This document shows positions 19,870-31,300 of a stretch of DNA of 64,000 bases, one piece after another. Position 1 is the first letter of the stretch, and each line of letters starts with the position of its first letter. The stretch comes from an uncultured Acidimicrobiia bacterium. GTDB taxonomy: Bacteria; Acidobacteriota; Terriglobia; Versatilivoradales; Versatilivoraceae. The stretch spans positions 256,001-320,000 of the forward strand of contig CAWBAT010000004.1 in assembly GCA_963786955.1 (NCBI GenBank), written 5' to 3'. A model generated the notes under the pieces. That model saw only the letters and a program-made list of their open reading frames with translations, ran no database searches and was not told the origin of the DNA. The position numbers and the translations under genes were made by a program.

Positions 19870-21903
19870 TTACTTTAAGTACGTGTCCAGCCACTCGATG
19901 AATGTCTGGTACCAGAACTGGCTGTTTTTCGGTTTTGTGATCCAATGGCCTTCGTCCGGAAAATACAGCATTTTCGAAGGAACTTTTTGTCGCTGCAAAG
20001 CGGTAAACAGCTGAAACCCTTCACCCACGGGGACCCGAAAGTCTAACTCGCCATGAATGACCAGCATCGGAGTTTTGAAGTTCTTGACGAAATGGTGAGG
20101 CGACCATTGCTCGTAAGATTGTCGATTCGTCCAGGGCGTGCCCTTAAACTCCCATTCCGGAAACCACAGTTCCTCGGTGACACCATACTTACTGGTTAAG
20201 TTGAAGACGCCCGCATGAGACACCAAGCATTTAAACCGGTCCGAATGGCCGGCAATCCAGTTGACCATGTAACCACCATAAGATGCGCCTCCGGCTGCCA
20301 TCCGGTCTGGATCAACGTACCCCAGAGTCAGCACGTGGTCAACAGCCTTCATCAAATCTTGGTAAGCCTTCCCTCCCCAGTCATCACGAATTTCATCCGT
20401 AAAGCGCTGCCCAAACGTCGGGCTTCCGCGAGGATTGGGCATAAGCACGACATACCCCTGGTTGGCGAAGATGTTTGCGTTCCATCGATAGTGAAACGAG
20501 TCACTCCATACCTGCTGGGGTCCTCCGTGAACGAGCAACAACAACGGATATTTCCTTTTCGGGTCAAAGCCCGGGGGGGTAACGATCCAAGCCTGAATTC
20601 TCGTTCCATCTGCCCCATCAAACCAAATGGACTGAGGTTCTGGCAGAGCAAGATCTGACAAGAGGGATTGGTTGAGGCGGGTCAGCGCCGTAAGCTGGCT
20701 GCCGTCGGATTTCGATGAATATATTTCAAATGGCGTGGTGAAACTTTGCTGCAAGAAAACCAGTCGTTTGCCATCCGGGCTGACCTGCAGGTCTTCATTG
20801 AAGTGTGAGTCGATGAGCTTACGGTTTAATCGGGTTTGGATGTCTAACTGATAGACCGGGTATAGAGCTTGATCGCCTGCAATCAAATAAAGACTCTTCG
20901 AATCCGGACTCCAAACAAAATTCTCCACACTTTGGTCCACGTCACGGGTGAGGCTATTGATGCTGCCGCTCTTGCGATCATACACCAGCAAATGCCAGCA
21001 ATCCGCTTCGTAGCCGGAGCGTTGCTGTGATCTGAAGGCAATGAACTGCCCATCCGGGGAGTAGAGTGGCGATTGATCAGCGCCTGCATTCGTCGTGATC
21101 TTCCTGGCCTCCTGGCTATGGTCCACAGGAACGACAAAGAGGTCCTTATTCGTGTTCAGCGCTTCATCTTGGTCGATGTTTCTGGCGAAGCACATTTCTT
21201 TGCCATCCGGAGAAAAGGCATAATCGTCAGGTCCCCCCAATGAAAAAGGCGGAACATCATAATCTCCCGGGGAGAGATCGCGCGGGATACCCCCTTCGGC
21301 TGGAACGACAAAAAGGTGGCTCCGCTTCCCGTCCTTCCAGGAGTTCCAATGGCGGTAGAGAAGCCGGTCAAGGGTTCGGGCTTGGATCGGATTTGCAACT
21401 CTTTGTTTCTCTCGTTCCGAGTTACATCGGATATCGGGACAGTCTGGGTAGACATTGGAAACAAATGCTAAATTCTTGCCGTCGGGTGACCAAAGCACGC
21501 CGGAAGCTTCCAATCCGCCGGTTTTGACTGAGCTCGTTTCCCCTGAGTCAAGGGAAAGGATCCAAAGCTGAGGAATTCCGGAGCGGTTCGAAACAAAAAC
21601 AATCCGTTTGCTGTCGGGTGACCAGCGGGGTCTTTCATTATTCTTTGAGCCTTGCGTTATCTGACGAGGCTCTCCGCCTGAGGCAGGCACTAACCAGATG
21701 TCACTGTTAAGAGTATTCTTTTCAAGATCAGCGACCGTCACTGTAAAGGCCACCCACCTTCCATCCGGTGAGAGCTGTGGATCTGAAACTCGCTGAATCT
21801 TAATCATTTCTTCGAAGCGGAAAGGCCGTTTAGCAACTGCTTCGGAAGGTGACTGAAATACAAGGATCATTAGAGAACCGATCAACCAATGGCGCCATCG
21901 CAT
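19870..21903 (-). CDS. S9 family serine peptidase, secreted
   Basis: Signal peptide, PD40-like SPDG repeats, HGGP, GASYGG, catalytic D (DFRV) and H (EGHW). Confidence 0.92.
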   Translation of the reverse strand: MRWRHWLIGSLMILVFQSPSEAVAKRPFRFEEMIKIQRVSDPQLSPDGRWVAFTVTVADLEKNTLNSDIWLVPASGGEPRQITQGSKNNERPRWSPDSKRIVFVSNRSGIPQLWILSLDSGETSSVKTGGLEASGVLWSPDGKNLAFVSNVYPDCPDIRCNSEREKQRVANPIQARTLDRLLYRHWNSWKDGKRSHLFVVPAEGGIPRDLSPGDYDVPPFSLGGPDDYAFSPDGKEMCFARNIDQDEALNTNKDLFVVPVDHSQEARKITTNAGADQSPLYSPDGQFIAFRSQQRSGYEADCWHLLVYDRKSGSINSLTRDVDQSVENFVWSPDSKSLYLIAGDQALYPVYQLDIQTRLNRKLIDSHFNEDLQVSPDGKRLVFLQQSFTTPFEIYSSKSDGSQLTALTRLNQSLLSDLALPEPQSIWFDGADGTRIQAWIVTPPGFDPKRKYPLLLLVHGGPQQVWSDSFHYRWNANIFANQGYVVLMPNPRGSPTFGQRFTDEIRDDWGGKAYQDLMKAVDHVLTLGYVDPDRMAAGGASYGGYMVNWIAGHSDRFKCLVSHAGVFNLTSKYGVTEELWFPEWEFKGTPWTNRQSYEQWSPHHFVKNFKTPMLVIHGELDFRVPVGEGFQLFTALQRQKVPSKMLYFPDEGHWITKPKNSQFWYQTFIEWLDTYLK

Positions 21904-22190
21904 GAATCGTTACCCCTCATCTCCGGAAAAGAAAATGGACCCTACCTCGAGTAGGATTGTCTTCCCCATATTATTAGAATCCGTTCCCTTATCTTCTTTG
22001 GCCATAACCGCGGACCCTCTCACTGCGTGGCCCAACCCCCATTTTTGGTTTCTCGAAATATTCTGGAGAGCACTCTCAGAAGTCTACTTGTGCGTCGGTT
22101 ATCGGCTGACCCTTGGTATGACGAGTGGAGATCCAGACTAATCCGCCACTCACGCTGGGAACAGCACTCTTCGATCAAATGGCTCTCCAC

Positions 22191-23342
22191 TTAGTACCGA
22201 CCAAACTCCAGCGCGGCATCGTACATGGCAAGAATATTCTCAGGCGGCACATCGGATTGAATATTATGGACGTTGTTAAAGACATATCCACCGCCAGGCT
22301 TAAAGGCTTCGATATTGCGGCGAATGCTCTCTCGTACTTCCTCTGGCGTCCCTCTCGGGAGGACGTGCTGAGAATCGATGGCCCCACCCCAAAAAGACAA
22401 TTTGTCGCCGTATTCTGCCTTGAGCTTTGTGGGATCCATCCCTTTTGCCGAAATCTGCACTGGATTGAGGATGTCGACACCGTTATCCAGTAAATCCGGA
22501 ATGTATTCCACCACAGCCCCACAAGAGTGGTACCAGATTTTGGCCGGTGTGCGGGATTTGATGTACTGGACGAGGCGCTTTTGCCGCGGTTTGATCAACG
22601 CCCGATAGATTGAAGGTGAGAAGAGAGGGCCCTTTTGGCCAGCGAGATCGTCACCGATCATAATGACATCCACGACGTCACCCACCTCCGCCAGAAATAA
22701 GCGGAACCAGTCCAACCAGAATTTCAGCATGCGATCAAGAAGTGTTTCCAAAATCTCCGGGCGTTCCATCATGTCGGTAAATAGGTTCTCAAGACCTCGA
22801 AGGTACCAGCAATATTCGTAGACCACTCCGGAAATACCGCTCACGACGGCAAAAGGAGTATCGCGTTTGAGCGTCAGAACCCGTTCACGGAGGCCTTCAA
22901 ATCTTGAGGGATCATCTCCTTGAGGAAAAGGATAGTTTTTGATTTGTTCTAAGGACAACCCGGCTAAAGGGGAATGGGAGATGTCAAAGTAATTCGGGGA
23001 GCGGTCAGGCATAGACCAGGTAACCCCAAACTCATCCGTAAAATCTTGCCAGATTTGCCCATCTCGCGTTCGATGGACGACATCCCCTTTAAATCTTCCC
23101 GCTCCTCTGGCCCAAACGTAACGGGTGTCCACGTGAAGCCGCTGGAGTATGGCCTCGGAAGGTTTGGCGAGCTGTTGTACGATATCCAGGATGACCAATT
23201 CTTCTTTCAGGCCTAGGTGACCGATCAACTTCTGGTAAGCAAACTTATGAATCCCGGTTTGATTCCCTCCGAAATCAATGGGGACTCGATCTGGCTCGCG
23301 ATGTTCGAGTGCAGTCAAGAGTCGCTCTCTGGACGTTGGCAT
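22191..23342 (-). CDS. Uroporphyrinogen decarboxylase-like (MtaA/CmuA-type) protein
   Basis: TSRER...PDRVP, GDDL, HSCG, LNPVQ, HNIQSDVPPEN. Confidence 0.85.
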   Translation of the reverse strand: MPTSRERLLTALEHREPDRVPIDFGGNQTGIHKFAYQKLIGHLGLKEELVILDIVQQLAKPSEAILQRLHVDTRYVWARGAGRFKGDVVHRTRDGQIWQDFTDEFGVTWSMPDRSPNYFDISHSPLAGLSLEQIKNYPFPQGDDPSRFEGLRERVLTLKRDTPFAVVSGISGVVYEYCWYLRGLENLFTDMMERPEILETLLDRMLKFWLDWFRLFLAEVGDVVDVIMIGDDLAGQKGPLFSPSIYRALIKPRQKRLVQYIKSRTPAKIWYHSCGAVVEYIPDLLDNGVDILNPVQISAKGMDPTKLKAEYGDKLSFWGGAIDSQHVLPRGTPEEVRESIRRNIEAFKPGGGYVFNNVHNIQSDVPPENILAMYDAALEFGRY

Positions 23343-23617
23343 GGGGGTCTCCTTGTCGGACTTTCTTCTAGCGGCTTAGTGATTGAAGGAAACAATGATT
23401 GATGATGATCCGAAATCACTTTAGACCCTGATGCATTGAAAGGCATCAGGAACTGTATGAGGAATCTCAGAGTGATGATAAGATTCCCTCTGAATTGAAG
23501 TCAAATCATTTGCCTGTTCCGCCTCTGGAAGGGACACTTCGACGGAAGGGGTGGGGAACCGTGGCAGATCAATTTCTTGAACGCAGTCATCTTTCGTAAA
23601 TGGAGAAATTAAGCCCA

Positions 23618-25264
23618 ATGCACAAGCTTATTCTGAAAAGAATCATTGTCAGCTCGGTCATAGGAATGATCGCACTTGTTTCCCAACCGCATGTCGATGC
23701 GGCTTCCGGCCCGGCTGTCTTCAATGTCAAGGATTATGGAGCCACCGGAAAGAAGGGTGATAACGCTCTTCCGGCCATTCAGAAGGCTATTGAAGCCTGC
23801 TCCGCTGCCGGAGGGGGCATGGTCTACCTCCCCCCTGGTGAATACACTTCCGGCCAGATTCGATTGCGTAGTCATGTGCGTTTTCATATCGAGGGCGGGG
23901 CTACTCTGTATGCCACCATGGATAACTCCGCTTACGAAAAAGCCCATTGGGCAGCCTTAATCTATGGGCAGGATCTCGAGGACATCAGCATCGAAGGCCG
24001 TGGAACTCTCGACGGCCAGAGTGAGTATGAATGGCATTTGGATGACATCGATGACGCCTATATTCGTTCGAATAGCTTATTGATGAAATCATTGGGGAAG
24101 CCTTTGATGCGCCCATTCCCGAAAGGCATCCCGAATGAGACGATTTATCCCCGACTGCTCCTGCTCGTCCGCTGCAAAGATGTCCGCATTACGGGTCTAT
24201 CCTTCATACGCTCCCGCAGTTGGAACATTAACCCTTATGCCTGCGAACGCGTTGTGATCGATGGGATCTACGTGCATAGCAGCCTGAAAGAAGGCGTGTG
24301 GGCCGACGGCATTGACCCTGATGGCTGCAAGGACCTGCATATCAGTAACAGCACGATTGAAACCGGTGATGATGCCCTGGTGTTTTATTCTTCCAATGCG
24401 TTTGGGCCCCCTTTGGCCTGCGAAAACATTACGGTAACCAACTGCCGGTTTTCTTCGGCTTCCAGTGCAATCAAATTTTGTGATGGCAATATGGTCGCCG
24501 TCCGGAAAGTGGTCATCGATAATTGTGTGATCACAAGTTCTAATCGGGGAATCGCGTTCATGGTGTTTAACAAAGGGTACGTCAGTGACGTCATTCTTTC
24601 CAACCTCACCGTGGAAACAATTGCCTTCGACTGGTTCTGGTGGGGAGATGGGGATCCCATCCACTTCAACATCAAGCGCACCAGCGATCTGGACCCGCGT
24701 CAACCGAAAGACACGCCGATTGGGTCCATTCGCAACGTTCTGCTGAAAAATATCATTGCCCGTGGCAAGGGGACTTCCATGATCAATGGGCATCCCGAAA
24801 GTTATTTGGAGGGAGTGAGTCTGGAAAGTATTCGGCTCTTCCTTTCATCTGACCCGACTGCTTACGGCCAAAAGGCAGTTCATGCCATGCAGTTCCGCTG
24901 GGCAAAAGACCTGAAGCTCAAGGATGTCGATGTCATCTGGGACAAACCGGAATCCAATAAATGGGAGAGTGCCCTTTACCTGCAGGATATTCAGGGCCTC
25001 GAGATCGATGAATTTACCGGAAGGCAGGCAAAGCTGGAGACAGAGACTCCTGCCGTAGTTCTCGATCAGGTCGAGGACGCCATGATCCGTAACTCAGCAC
25101 CACGCGAGGGAACTAAAGTCTTCTTGAGTGTCCTCGGAGACAAGAGCAATGGGATTTTTTTGTTGAATAATGACCTCCGAAAAGTAAAAGTTCCGTTCCG
25201 CGTGCAGGCCGGGGTTAAGAGCGGCGCGGTTCAATCCTTGAACAGTATCGGCGCTCCAAAATAG
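23618..25264 (+). CDS. Secreted GH28-like beta-helix glycoside hydrolase
   Basis: Signal peptide, FNVKDYGA, ADGIDPD, TGDDA; pectin-lyase-like repeats. Confidence 0.85.
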   Translation: MHKLILKRIIVSSVIGMIALVSQPHVDAASGPAVFNVKDYGATGKKGDNALPAIQKAIEACSAAGGGMVYLPPGEYTSGQIRLRSHVRFHIEGGATLYATMDNSAYEKAHWAALIYGQDLEDISIEGRGTLDGQSEYEWHLDDIDDAYIRSNSLLMKSLGKPLMRPFPKGIPNETIYPRLLLLVRCKDVRITGLSFIRSRSWNINPYACERVVIDGIYVHSSLKEGVWADGIDPDGCKDLHISNSTIETGDDALVFYSSNAFGPPLACENITVTNCRFSSASSAIKFCDGNMVAVRKVVIDNCVITSSNRGIAFMVFNKGYVSDVILSNLTVETIAFDWFWWGDGDPIHFNIKRTSDLDPRQPKDTPIGSIRNVLLKNIIARGKGTSMINGHPESYLEGVSLESIRLFLSSDPTAYGQKAVHAMQFRWAKDLKLKDVDVIWDKPESNKWESALYLQDIQGLEIDEFTGRQAKLETETPAVVLDQVEDAMIRNSAPREGTKVFLSVLGDKSNGIFLLNNDLRKVKVPFRVQAGVKSGAVQSLNSIGAPK

Positions 25265-25379
25265 TAAACACCGATCCACTTTCCCGACAATTTTCGGAGC
25301 TGGCTAGGAACTCTTAAAATCCGGAGCCGAGCTTACCGGACTCACTTCTTGCGAAAAATGCATCTCAAAGGAATATTCC

Positions 25380-25754
25380 ATGCCAACTTTTGTCGAGAGA
25401 CCTACCATTATTCAGGCCGCGGGAAACAAGCCCAAGATCATTGAAGAATTTATCGGACGGGTCAACACGCAGACGGAGACCGTGAGCGTCGCGCGGATGC
25501 GAAGTCCCAGTGGCTGGTTTGAGCCCGGACAAGTTCCTGAATTTGACGAATATACTCTCGTCTTGAGAGGGACGCTTCACGTCAAGACTCAGCAAAAGGA
25601 ATTTCACGTCCGGGCCGGAGAAGCCGTCATTGCCCACCGAGGAGAATGGGTCCAATATAGCAGCCCCGATCCGGACGGTGCCGAATACATTGCTGTTTGC
25701 GTACCCGCCTTTTCCCCGGAGACCGTTCATCGGGAAGAATCATCACAATCATAA
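25380..25754 (+). CDS. Cupin domain protein
   Basis: GW.EPGQ.PEFDEYTLVL.G and GE...GEWVQY cupin motifs; AAGGA RBS. Confidence 0.8.
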   Translation: MPTFVERPTIIQAAGNKPKIIEEFIGRVNTQTETVSVARMRSPSGWFEPGQVPEFDEYTLVLRGTLHVKTQQKEFHVRAGEAVIAHRGEWVQYSSPDPDGAEYIAVCVPAFSPETVHREESSQS

Positions 25755-25982
25755 CCATTAGGATCCGCCCTGAGTCGATTTTATACGATAGGCGCGCTTG
25801 CATCGTCGCGGGAAGTCTCGGTTGCCTGCATCGGCCTGAAAACCCGTGTCAAGCAGATCCATTGCGGGGAACCATTGCGGTACCCCTTTCCTTCTCAATC
25901 TGAAGCCGACGTAAACTCTTGGGATCTCACGGTTCCCTTCTCTGGCTCTGGCATGGGACTCACGGCTAGTGGAATAGGCTTC

Positions 25983-26001
25983 TAGCCCGGACTTCCACAC
26001 C
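25983..26001 (+). repeat. Solo degenerate TIR of MITE family A
   Basis: TAGCCCGGACTTCCACACC resembles TAGCCCGGATTTCTCACC. Confidence 0.55.
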
Positions 26002-26055
26002 AACTGGGCGTATCGCGATGAATGCGAGGACCCATTCTTGACATCAAACTTAGCC

Positions 26056-26306
26056 TAGTCCGGATTTCTCACCACCAGCGCCGCATTCCCCCTCATCCCC
26101 GACCCCCTCTCCCGCGTTGGGCGAGGGGAGCCGATAATTCATTATTGGGTTCCTCTTTCCAAGGGAGAGAGGACGTGGAAAGAAATTGTCGAACTGTTTG
26201 TAGGGAACGCTCGCCGCAGCTTTCCCTACGTTGCCAAGGAGCTCTGAATTTAAATCGCTTCGCTACTCTACTTCTGTTTTCCCCCGGCGGTGAGAAATCC
26301 GGGCTA
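26056..26306. mobile_element. MITE family A, copy 1 (about 250 bp)
   Basis: TIRs TAGTCCGGATTTCTCACC / GGTGAGAAATCCGGGCTA; closely similar inverted copy at 33457-33723; no ORF. Confidence 0.85.
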
Positions 26307-26454
26307 ACTTCCTCAACACTCTTTCTTCAGGCCCTCCCTCCTGACTCCTTGGCAATCTCCTGAAACCATTTGACCGAGGCACCAACCTATGTTAGTAATT
26401 AATTACGAACATGGGTCTTCCATTTGGAGGACCGCATGTTGTGGGAAGGACCGT

Positions 26455-27120
26455 ATGTTAAAAAACACCGACCTCGTTCCAAAAGTTGCCGTGCATAAAA
26501 TGCCGTCACCCCAGCGTCGGCACCAGATTATCCAGGTCGCAATGGATCTTTTCTCCCGCAAGGGTTTTGATGGGACCACCACTCGGGAGATTTCCAAAGC
26601 AGCCGGCGTGAGCGAGGCCATCATCTTCAGACACTTTGCCACCAAAGAAGATCTTTATGCTGCGATTATTGATTTCCTCATCTGCGATGAGAGTGCAACC
26701 TTCTACTCCGAAATCGGCCAAGCCATGCAATCCAAAGACGATATGGCGGTCTTTGAATCAGTCGCTTTCAAGATCTTGGAAACTCATCGGCGGGAGCCCG
26801 AACTGCTTCGTTTGCTTCTCTACAGCGGGCTCGAGGGGCACAAACTTTCTCTTTTGTTTATGGAAACTCAGGTTCGCCCCGTTTATGAGTGGCTCGGGAA
26901 CTATATCGCCCGGCGAATGTCCGAGAAGATCTTCCGGAAGACGGACCCTATGATTCTAGTCCGCGCCTTCATGGGGATGGTGAGTCATCACTCCTTGATC
27001 CGGATCATCTATAAGGATCCGCTATTACAAAAAACCAACAAAGAGATGGCCCGAGAATTCTCTAAAGTCTTCCTGGAAGGCGTTCTCATCCGGCCTTCAC
27101 GAAAGAAGCGGTCGTCATGA
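26455..27120 (+). CDS. TetR/AcrR family regulator
   Basis: FSRKGFDGTTTREISKAAGVSEAIIFRHFATKEDL HTH; start uncertain (26455 or 26500). Confidence 0.92.
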   Translation: MLKNTDLVPKVAVHKMPSPQRRHQIIQVAMDLFSRKGFDGTTTREISKAAGVSEAIIFRHFATKEDLYAAIIDFLICDESATFYSEIGQAMQSKDDMAVFESVAFKILETHRREPELLRLLLYSGLEGHKLSLLFMETQVRPVYEWLGNYIARRMSEKIFRKTDPMILVRAFMGMVSHHSLIRIIYKDPLLQKTNKEMAREFSKVFLEGVLIRPSRKKRSS

Positions 27121-28334
27121 CATCCAAAACTCCAATGAGCCGAACATTCGTTCTGGGCTGGATTCTCATCCTCCTCTGGTCTGGAGCCTGCTCTCGGGCA
27201 AAACAGCAGGAGCTGGCATCGGCCAGTGGCCTGTCCGATCCGATTGTGGTGAGAACCGGCACCGTCGTCGAGCGAAATGTGGAACGTTCGGTTGAAGTAG
27301 TCGGTACCCTCAAGGCAGATGAGGAAGTCGTCATCAGCAGCGAAGTTAAAGGAATCATCGAAGAATTGCCCGTTGATCTAGGGAGTGTGGTGAGACGCGG
27401 CCAGGTTCTGGCGCGCATTTCACAAAAAGAGTACCAATGGCGGGTGGATCAAGCTAACGCCGCTCTCCAACAAGTCAGAGTTCGCCTCGGATTACGCGCA
27501 GAGGTACCGCATCCGGACCCGGAGCAAAACCCGGAAGTCCGGCAAGCCAAAGCAGCGCTGGACGAGGCCAAGCTTCGTTTTGATCGTGCCAAGACCCTCA
27601 TCAAGAACGGGGATATCGCTCAAGAACAATTTGATGTTGCTGAAATGGGCCATCGCAGTGCGGAGGCTCGCTACCAGGCAGCGCTGGACAATTTTCAAAA
27701 TCAAGTGTCACTCATCGATCAACGGATCGCGGAACTTCAATTGGCCCGAAAGCAGCTCAGCGACGCGACTATTGTCTCTCCAATGGATGGAATCGTCAGC
27801 CTGCGTCATGTCACGCGCGGTGAATACATTAAGGCAGAAACGCGCATCGTAACCATCGTCAAATCCAATCCACTCCGTCTCCAGGCAGTCATTCCCGAGG
27901 TCGCCGTATCCTCCATCCGGGTGAATATGCCTGTGACGCTGAAGGTCGATGCTTACCCGGGCCGTTCCTTCAAGGGTTTGATCAGCCGCATCAGTCCTGC
28001 CCTGGATGAAAAAGCCCGGACTCTAACAGTAGAAGCGACCGTGGAGAATACCTCGGGTGAACTCAAGCCGGGACTTTTCGCCAAGGTTAGTTTGCTGGTG
28101 GAGAAACAGTCCTCCGCCGTCATGGTCCCCGCCAATGCACTCATCAACTTTGCAGGCCTGACCAAGCTCTTCGTCATTCAAGATGGCCGGGCGGTTGAAC
28201 GGATCGTGAAGACCGGAATCCAAGATGGAGGCTATGTTGAGATTCTTGAAGGCGCCAAAGTAGGCGAACGCATTGCCGTTGACATGTTGAGCCGGCTCTC
28301 GAATGGCGTGGCTGTCCAGGGGAAGGAGTCTTAA
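27117..28334 (+). CDS. RND efflux periplasmic adaptor (MFP), probable lipoprotein
   Basis: Lipobox SGAC, lipoyl-like segments, coiled-coil hairpin, LKPGLFA. Confidence 0.92.
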   Translation: MTSKTPMSRTFVLGWILILLWSGACSRAKQQELASASGLSDPIVVRTGTVVERNVERSVEVVGTLKADEEVVISSEVKGIIEELPVDLGSVVRRGQVLARISQKEYQWRVDQANAALQQVRVRLGLRAEVPHPDPEQNPEVRQAKAALDEAKLRFDRAKTLIKNGDIAQEQFDVAEMGHRSAEARYQAALDNFQNQVSLIDQRIAELQLARKQLSDATIVSPMDGIVSLRHVTRGEYIKAETRIVTIVKSNPLRLQAVIPEVAVSSIRVNMPVTLKVDAYPGRSFKGLISRISPALDEKARTLTVEATVENTSGELKPGLFAKVSLLVEKQSSAVMVPANALINFAGLTKLFVIQDGRAVERIVKTGIQDGGYVEILEGAKVGERIAVDMLSRLSNGVAVQGKES

Positions 28335-31300
28335 GTGCAAAAACTTGCTGAAATTTGCATCCGGAGACCCGTCTTCGCAACCATGCTGATCATGGCACTG
28401 GTCGTGATTGGATTTGCCAGTTACTCGAAATTGGGAGTAGACCTTTTCCCTAAAGTAGATTTCCCCGTCGTCGCTGTCACCACCGTTCTCCCCGGAGCTT
28501 CGCCCGAAGAGATTGAGACGGAAATCACCAAGAAAGTGGAAGAGGCGTGCAACACGGCCAGCGGAATCGATGAGATGCGCTCGGTCTCTCTGGAGGGAGT
28601 TTCCCAAGTTTTCGTGACGTTTGTCCTGGAACGCGACCCTGCCGAGGCCGCGCAGGATATTCGAGATCGGGTGGGGCGAATTGTCGGCACGCTGCCGCGC
28701 GAAATCGATCCCCCAGTCATCGAGAGAATGGACCCGGACGCATTTCCAATCGTCTCGATTGCGATTTCAGCCTCACGGTCCACGCGAGAGATTACGGAAG
28801 TCGTGGACAAACAAGTGAAACAGTCTCTGGAGTCCCTCAGCGGTGTGGGTCAAGTCCGTTTTGTGGGTGACCGGAAAAGGGAGATTCATGTCTGGTTAAA
28901 CCCTGACAAACTCCTCTCCTACAACCTGACAATTGATGAGGTTCGAAGGGCACTCGCCTCACAAAATGTGGAGATCCCGGGAGGCTGGGTGGACCAGGGT
29001 ATCCGGGAATTGACCTTGCGCACGCTGGGCCGGGTCCTTAAGGTTGAGGAATTCAGCCAGATTGTTTTGAAAACAGTGAATGGTTCTCCAGTGCGAGTCT
29101 CCGACGTGGCCACGGTCGAAGACGGCGTGGAGGAACCCCGCTCTCTGGCGCGCTTGAATGGGAAAGAAGCGGTCGTCCTCGAGGTTCGTAAACAATCGGG
29201 GACGAATACCTTGACGGTTGTGGCAGCCGTGAAGGAGCGTCTCGACGACATCAGAGGGATATTGCCCCCGGATTTCAAACTTCTGATCGTTCGGGATCAA
29301 TCCACGTTTATTAAGAACTCGTTTGATGCGGTCCAAGAACACCTCATCCTCGGGGGATTCTTTGCTGCAATGGTTTGCCTGCTCTTCATCGCCAACTTGC
29401 GGGCCACCGTGATTGCCGCGATTGCCATTCCCACCTCCATCATTTCCACTTATACGCTGATGTGGTACATGGGTTTCACCTTGAATAACATGACGATGCT
29501 GGCCCTAACACTGAGTGTCGGAATCGTCATTGATGATGCGGTTGTGGTTCTCGAGAACATCTTTCGATTCATCGAAGAAAAGAAGATGCCTCCCATCCAG
29601 GCCGCCCGCGAGGCAACCGCCGATATCGGATTGGCCGTCATGGCCACCACCATGTCGTTGGTGATCATTTTTCTACCCGTTGCCTTCATGGGTGGAATCG
29701 TGGGTCGGTTCATGAGCAGTTTTGGTTTCACGGCGGCCTTTTCGATCATGGTCTCTCTGTTGGTCAGCTTCACGCTAACCCCCATGTTGTGCTCCCGTTT
29801 TTTGAAGAAAGCTCAAAATAGCGTCGAGCATCCTCAGAAGTCCACCAAGGAATCAAAGTTCTATTCCTGGATTGAGCGCACTTACGTCAACCTGTTGGTC
29901 TGGTCCATGGAGCATCGGCTAGCGGTTTCGCTCATTTCGGTCGGGGTCATCTTATCCACGGTTCCGCTATTCATGCTTACGGGAAAAGACTTCATCCCGC
30001 AGGATGATCAGAGTCAGATCGAAGTTCTGGCCAAAAGTCCGGATGGGACCTCGCTAAAAGGGAGTGCGGCACTGGTGGAGCAACTGGAGAAGGAGTTGGG
30101 GACCCTGCCTGGCGTCTCTTCGATTCTCTCAACCGTTGGAGCGGATTCCCAGCGACAAGTCAACTTTGCTGCGTTCTCTCTTCAGCTTGTTCCGATCGAT
30201 CAACGAAAGTATTCCCAGGCCGAGATCATGGAAATGGCCCGGCAAAAGATGAATCCGTATAAGAATGATTTGCGGATCGCGATTCAATATCCCAATTACT
30301 TCTCAGCCGGTGGTTTCACCAATGCCGATTTGTTGTATACGATTCAAGGGCCCGACCTGGAAAAGCTGGCGGAATATTCAGAAAAGATTCGCCAGATTGT
30401 GAAATCCATTCCCGGAGTCGTCGACATCAACACAACCCTGGAATTAGGGAAGCCGGAGTTGCGAGCTCACATCAATCGCGCCAAAGCCGCGGATCTTGGG
30501 TTGGATGTTCAGGCCATTGCCGGCAGTCTGCGCACGATGGTGGCCGGTGAAGAAGTGAGTTCTTTCCGGGAAGGGGATAATCGCTATGAAGTACGATTAC
30601 AAGTCGATCGAGAGAACCGGTCTAGCGCGGAACACTTGTCGAGACTCTATATCCCTTCAGCAACAGTGGGTAACGTCCAGCTAAGCAGCGTCGTTGCCTT
30701 GAATGAAGGGGTGGGGCCCGGACAGATTGACCGCTACAATCGCCAGCGGCAAGTGACGATCAGCGGCAACATCGAGAGAGGGCAGGCTCTGAGTATTGTT
30801 TTGGCCAAGTTGGAGCCAGCCGTCGCCTCCTTGAATCTGGATCCGACTTACCATACAGGATTGCAGGGTCGAAGCCGTGAGCTGGGGCGAGCCGGAATGG
30901 CCTTCATCATTGCCTTTTTTCTTTCCTGCATCTTCATGTACATGGTATTGGCTGCCCAATTTGAAAGCTTTTTGCACCCGATCACGATCTTGCTAAGCCT
31001 GCCGATGGCCATCCCGTTCGCCCTCATTTCGCTCTATGCATTCCATCAGACCATCAATATTTTTTCCTCACTGGGGATTTTGATGCTGTTTGGGGTGGTC
31101 AAGAAGAACTCCATATTGCAGATTGATCATATGAACAAGCTGCGCGAGCAAGGGGTACCCAGATTTGAGGCCATCATTCGGGGTTGCAAAGACCGGCTGC
31201 GACCCATTTTGATGACGACCTTCGCACTCGTGGCGGGGATGCTGCCGATGGCCTTTGGTGTCGGAGCAGGGTCAGGAATGAGACGCTCGGTCGCCATCAT

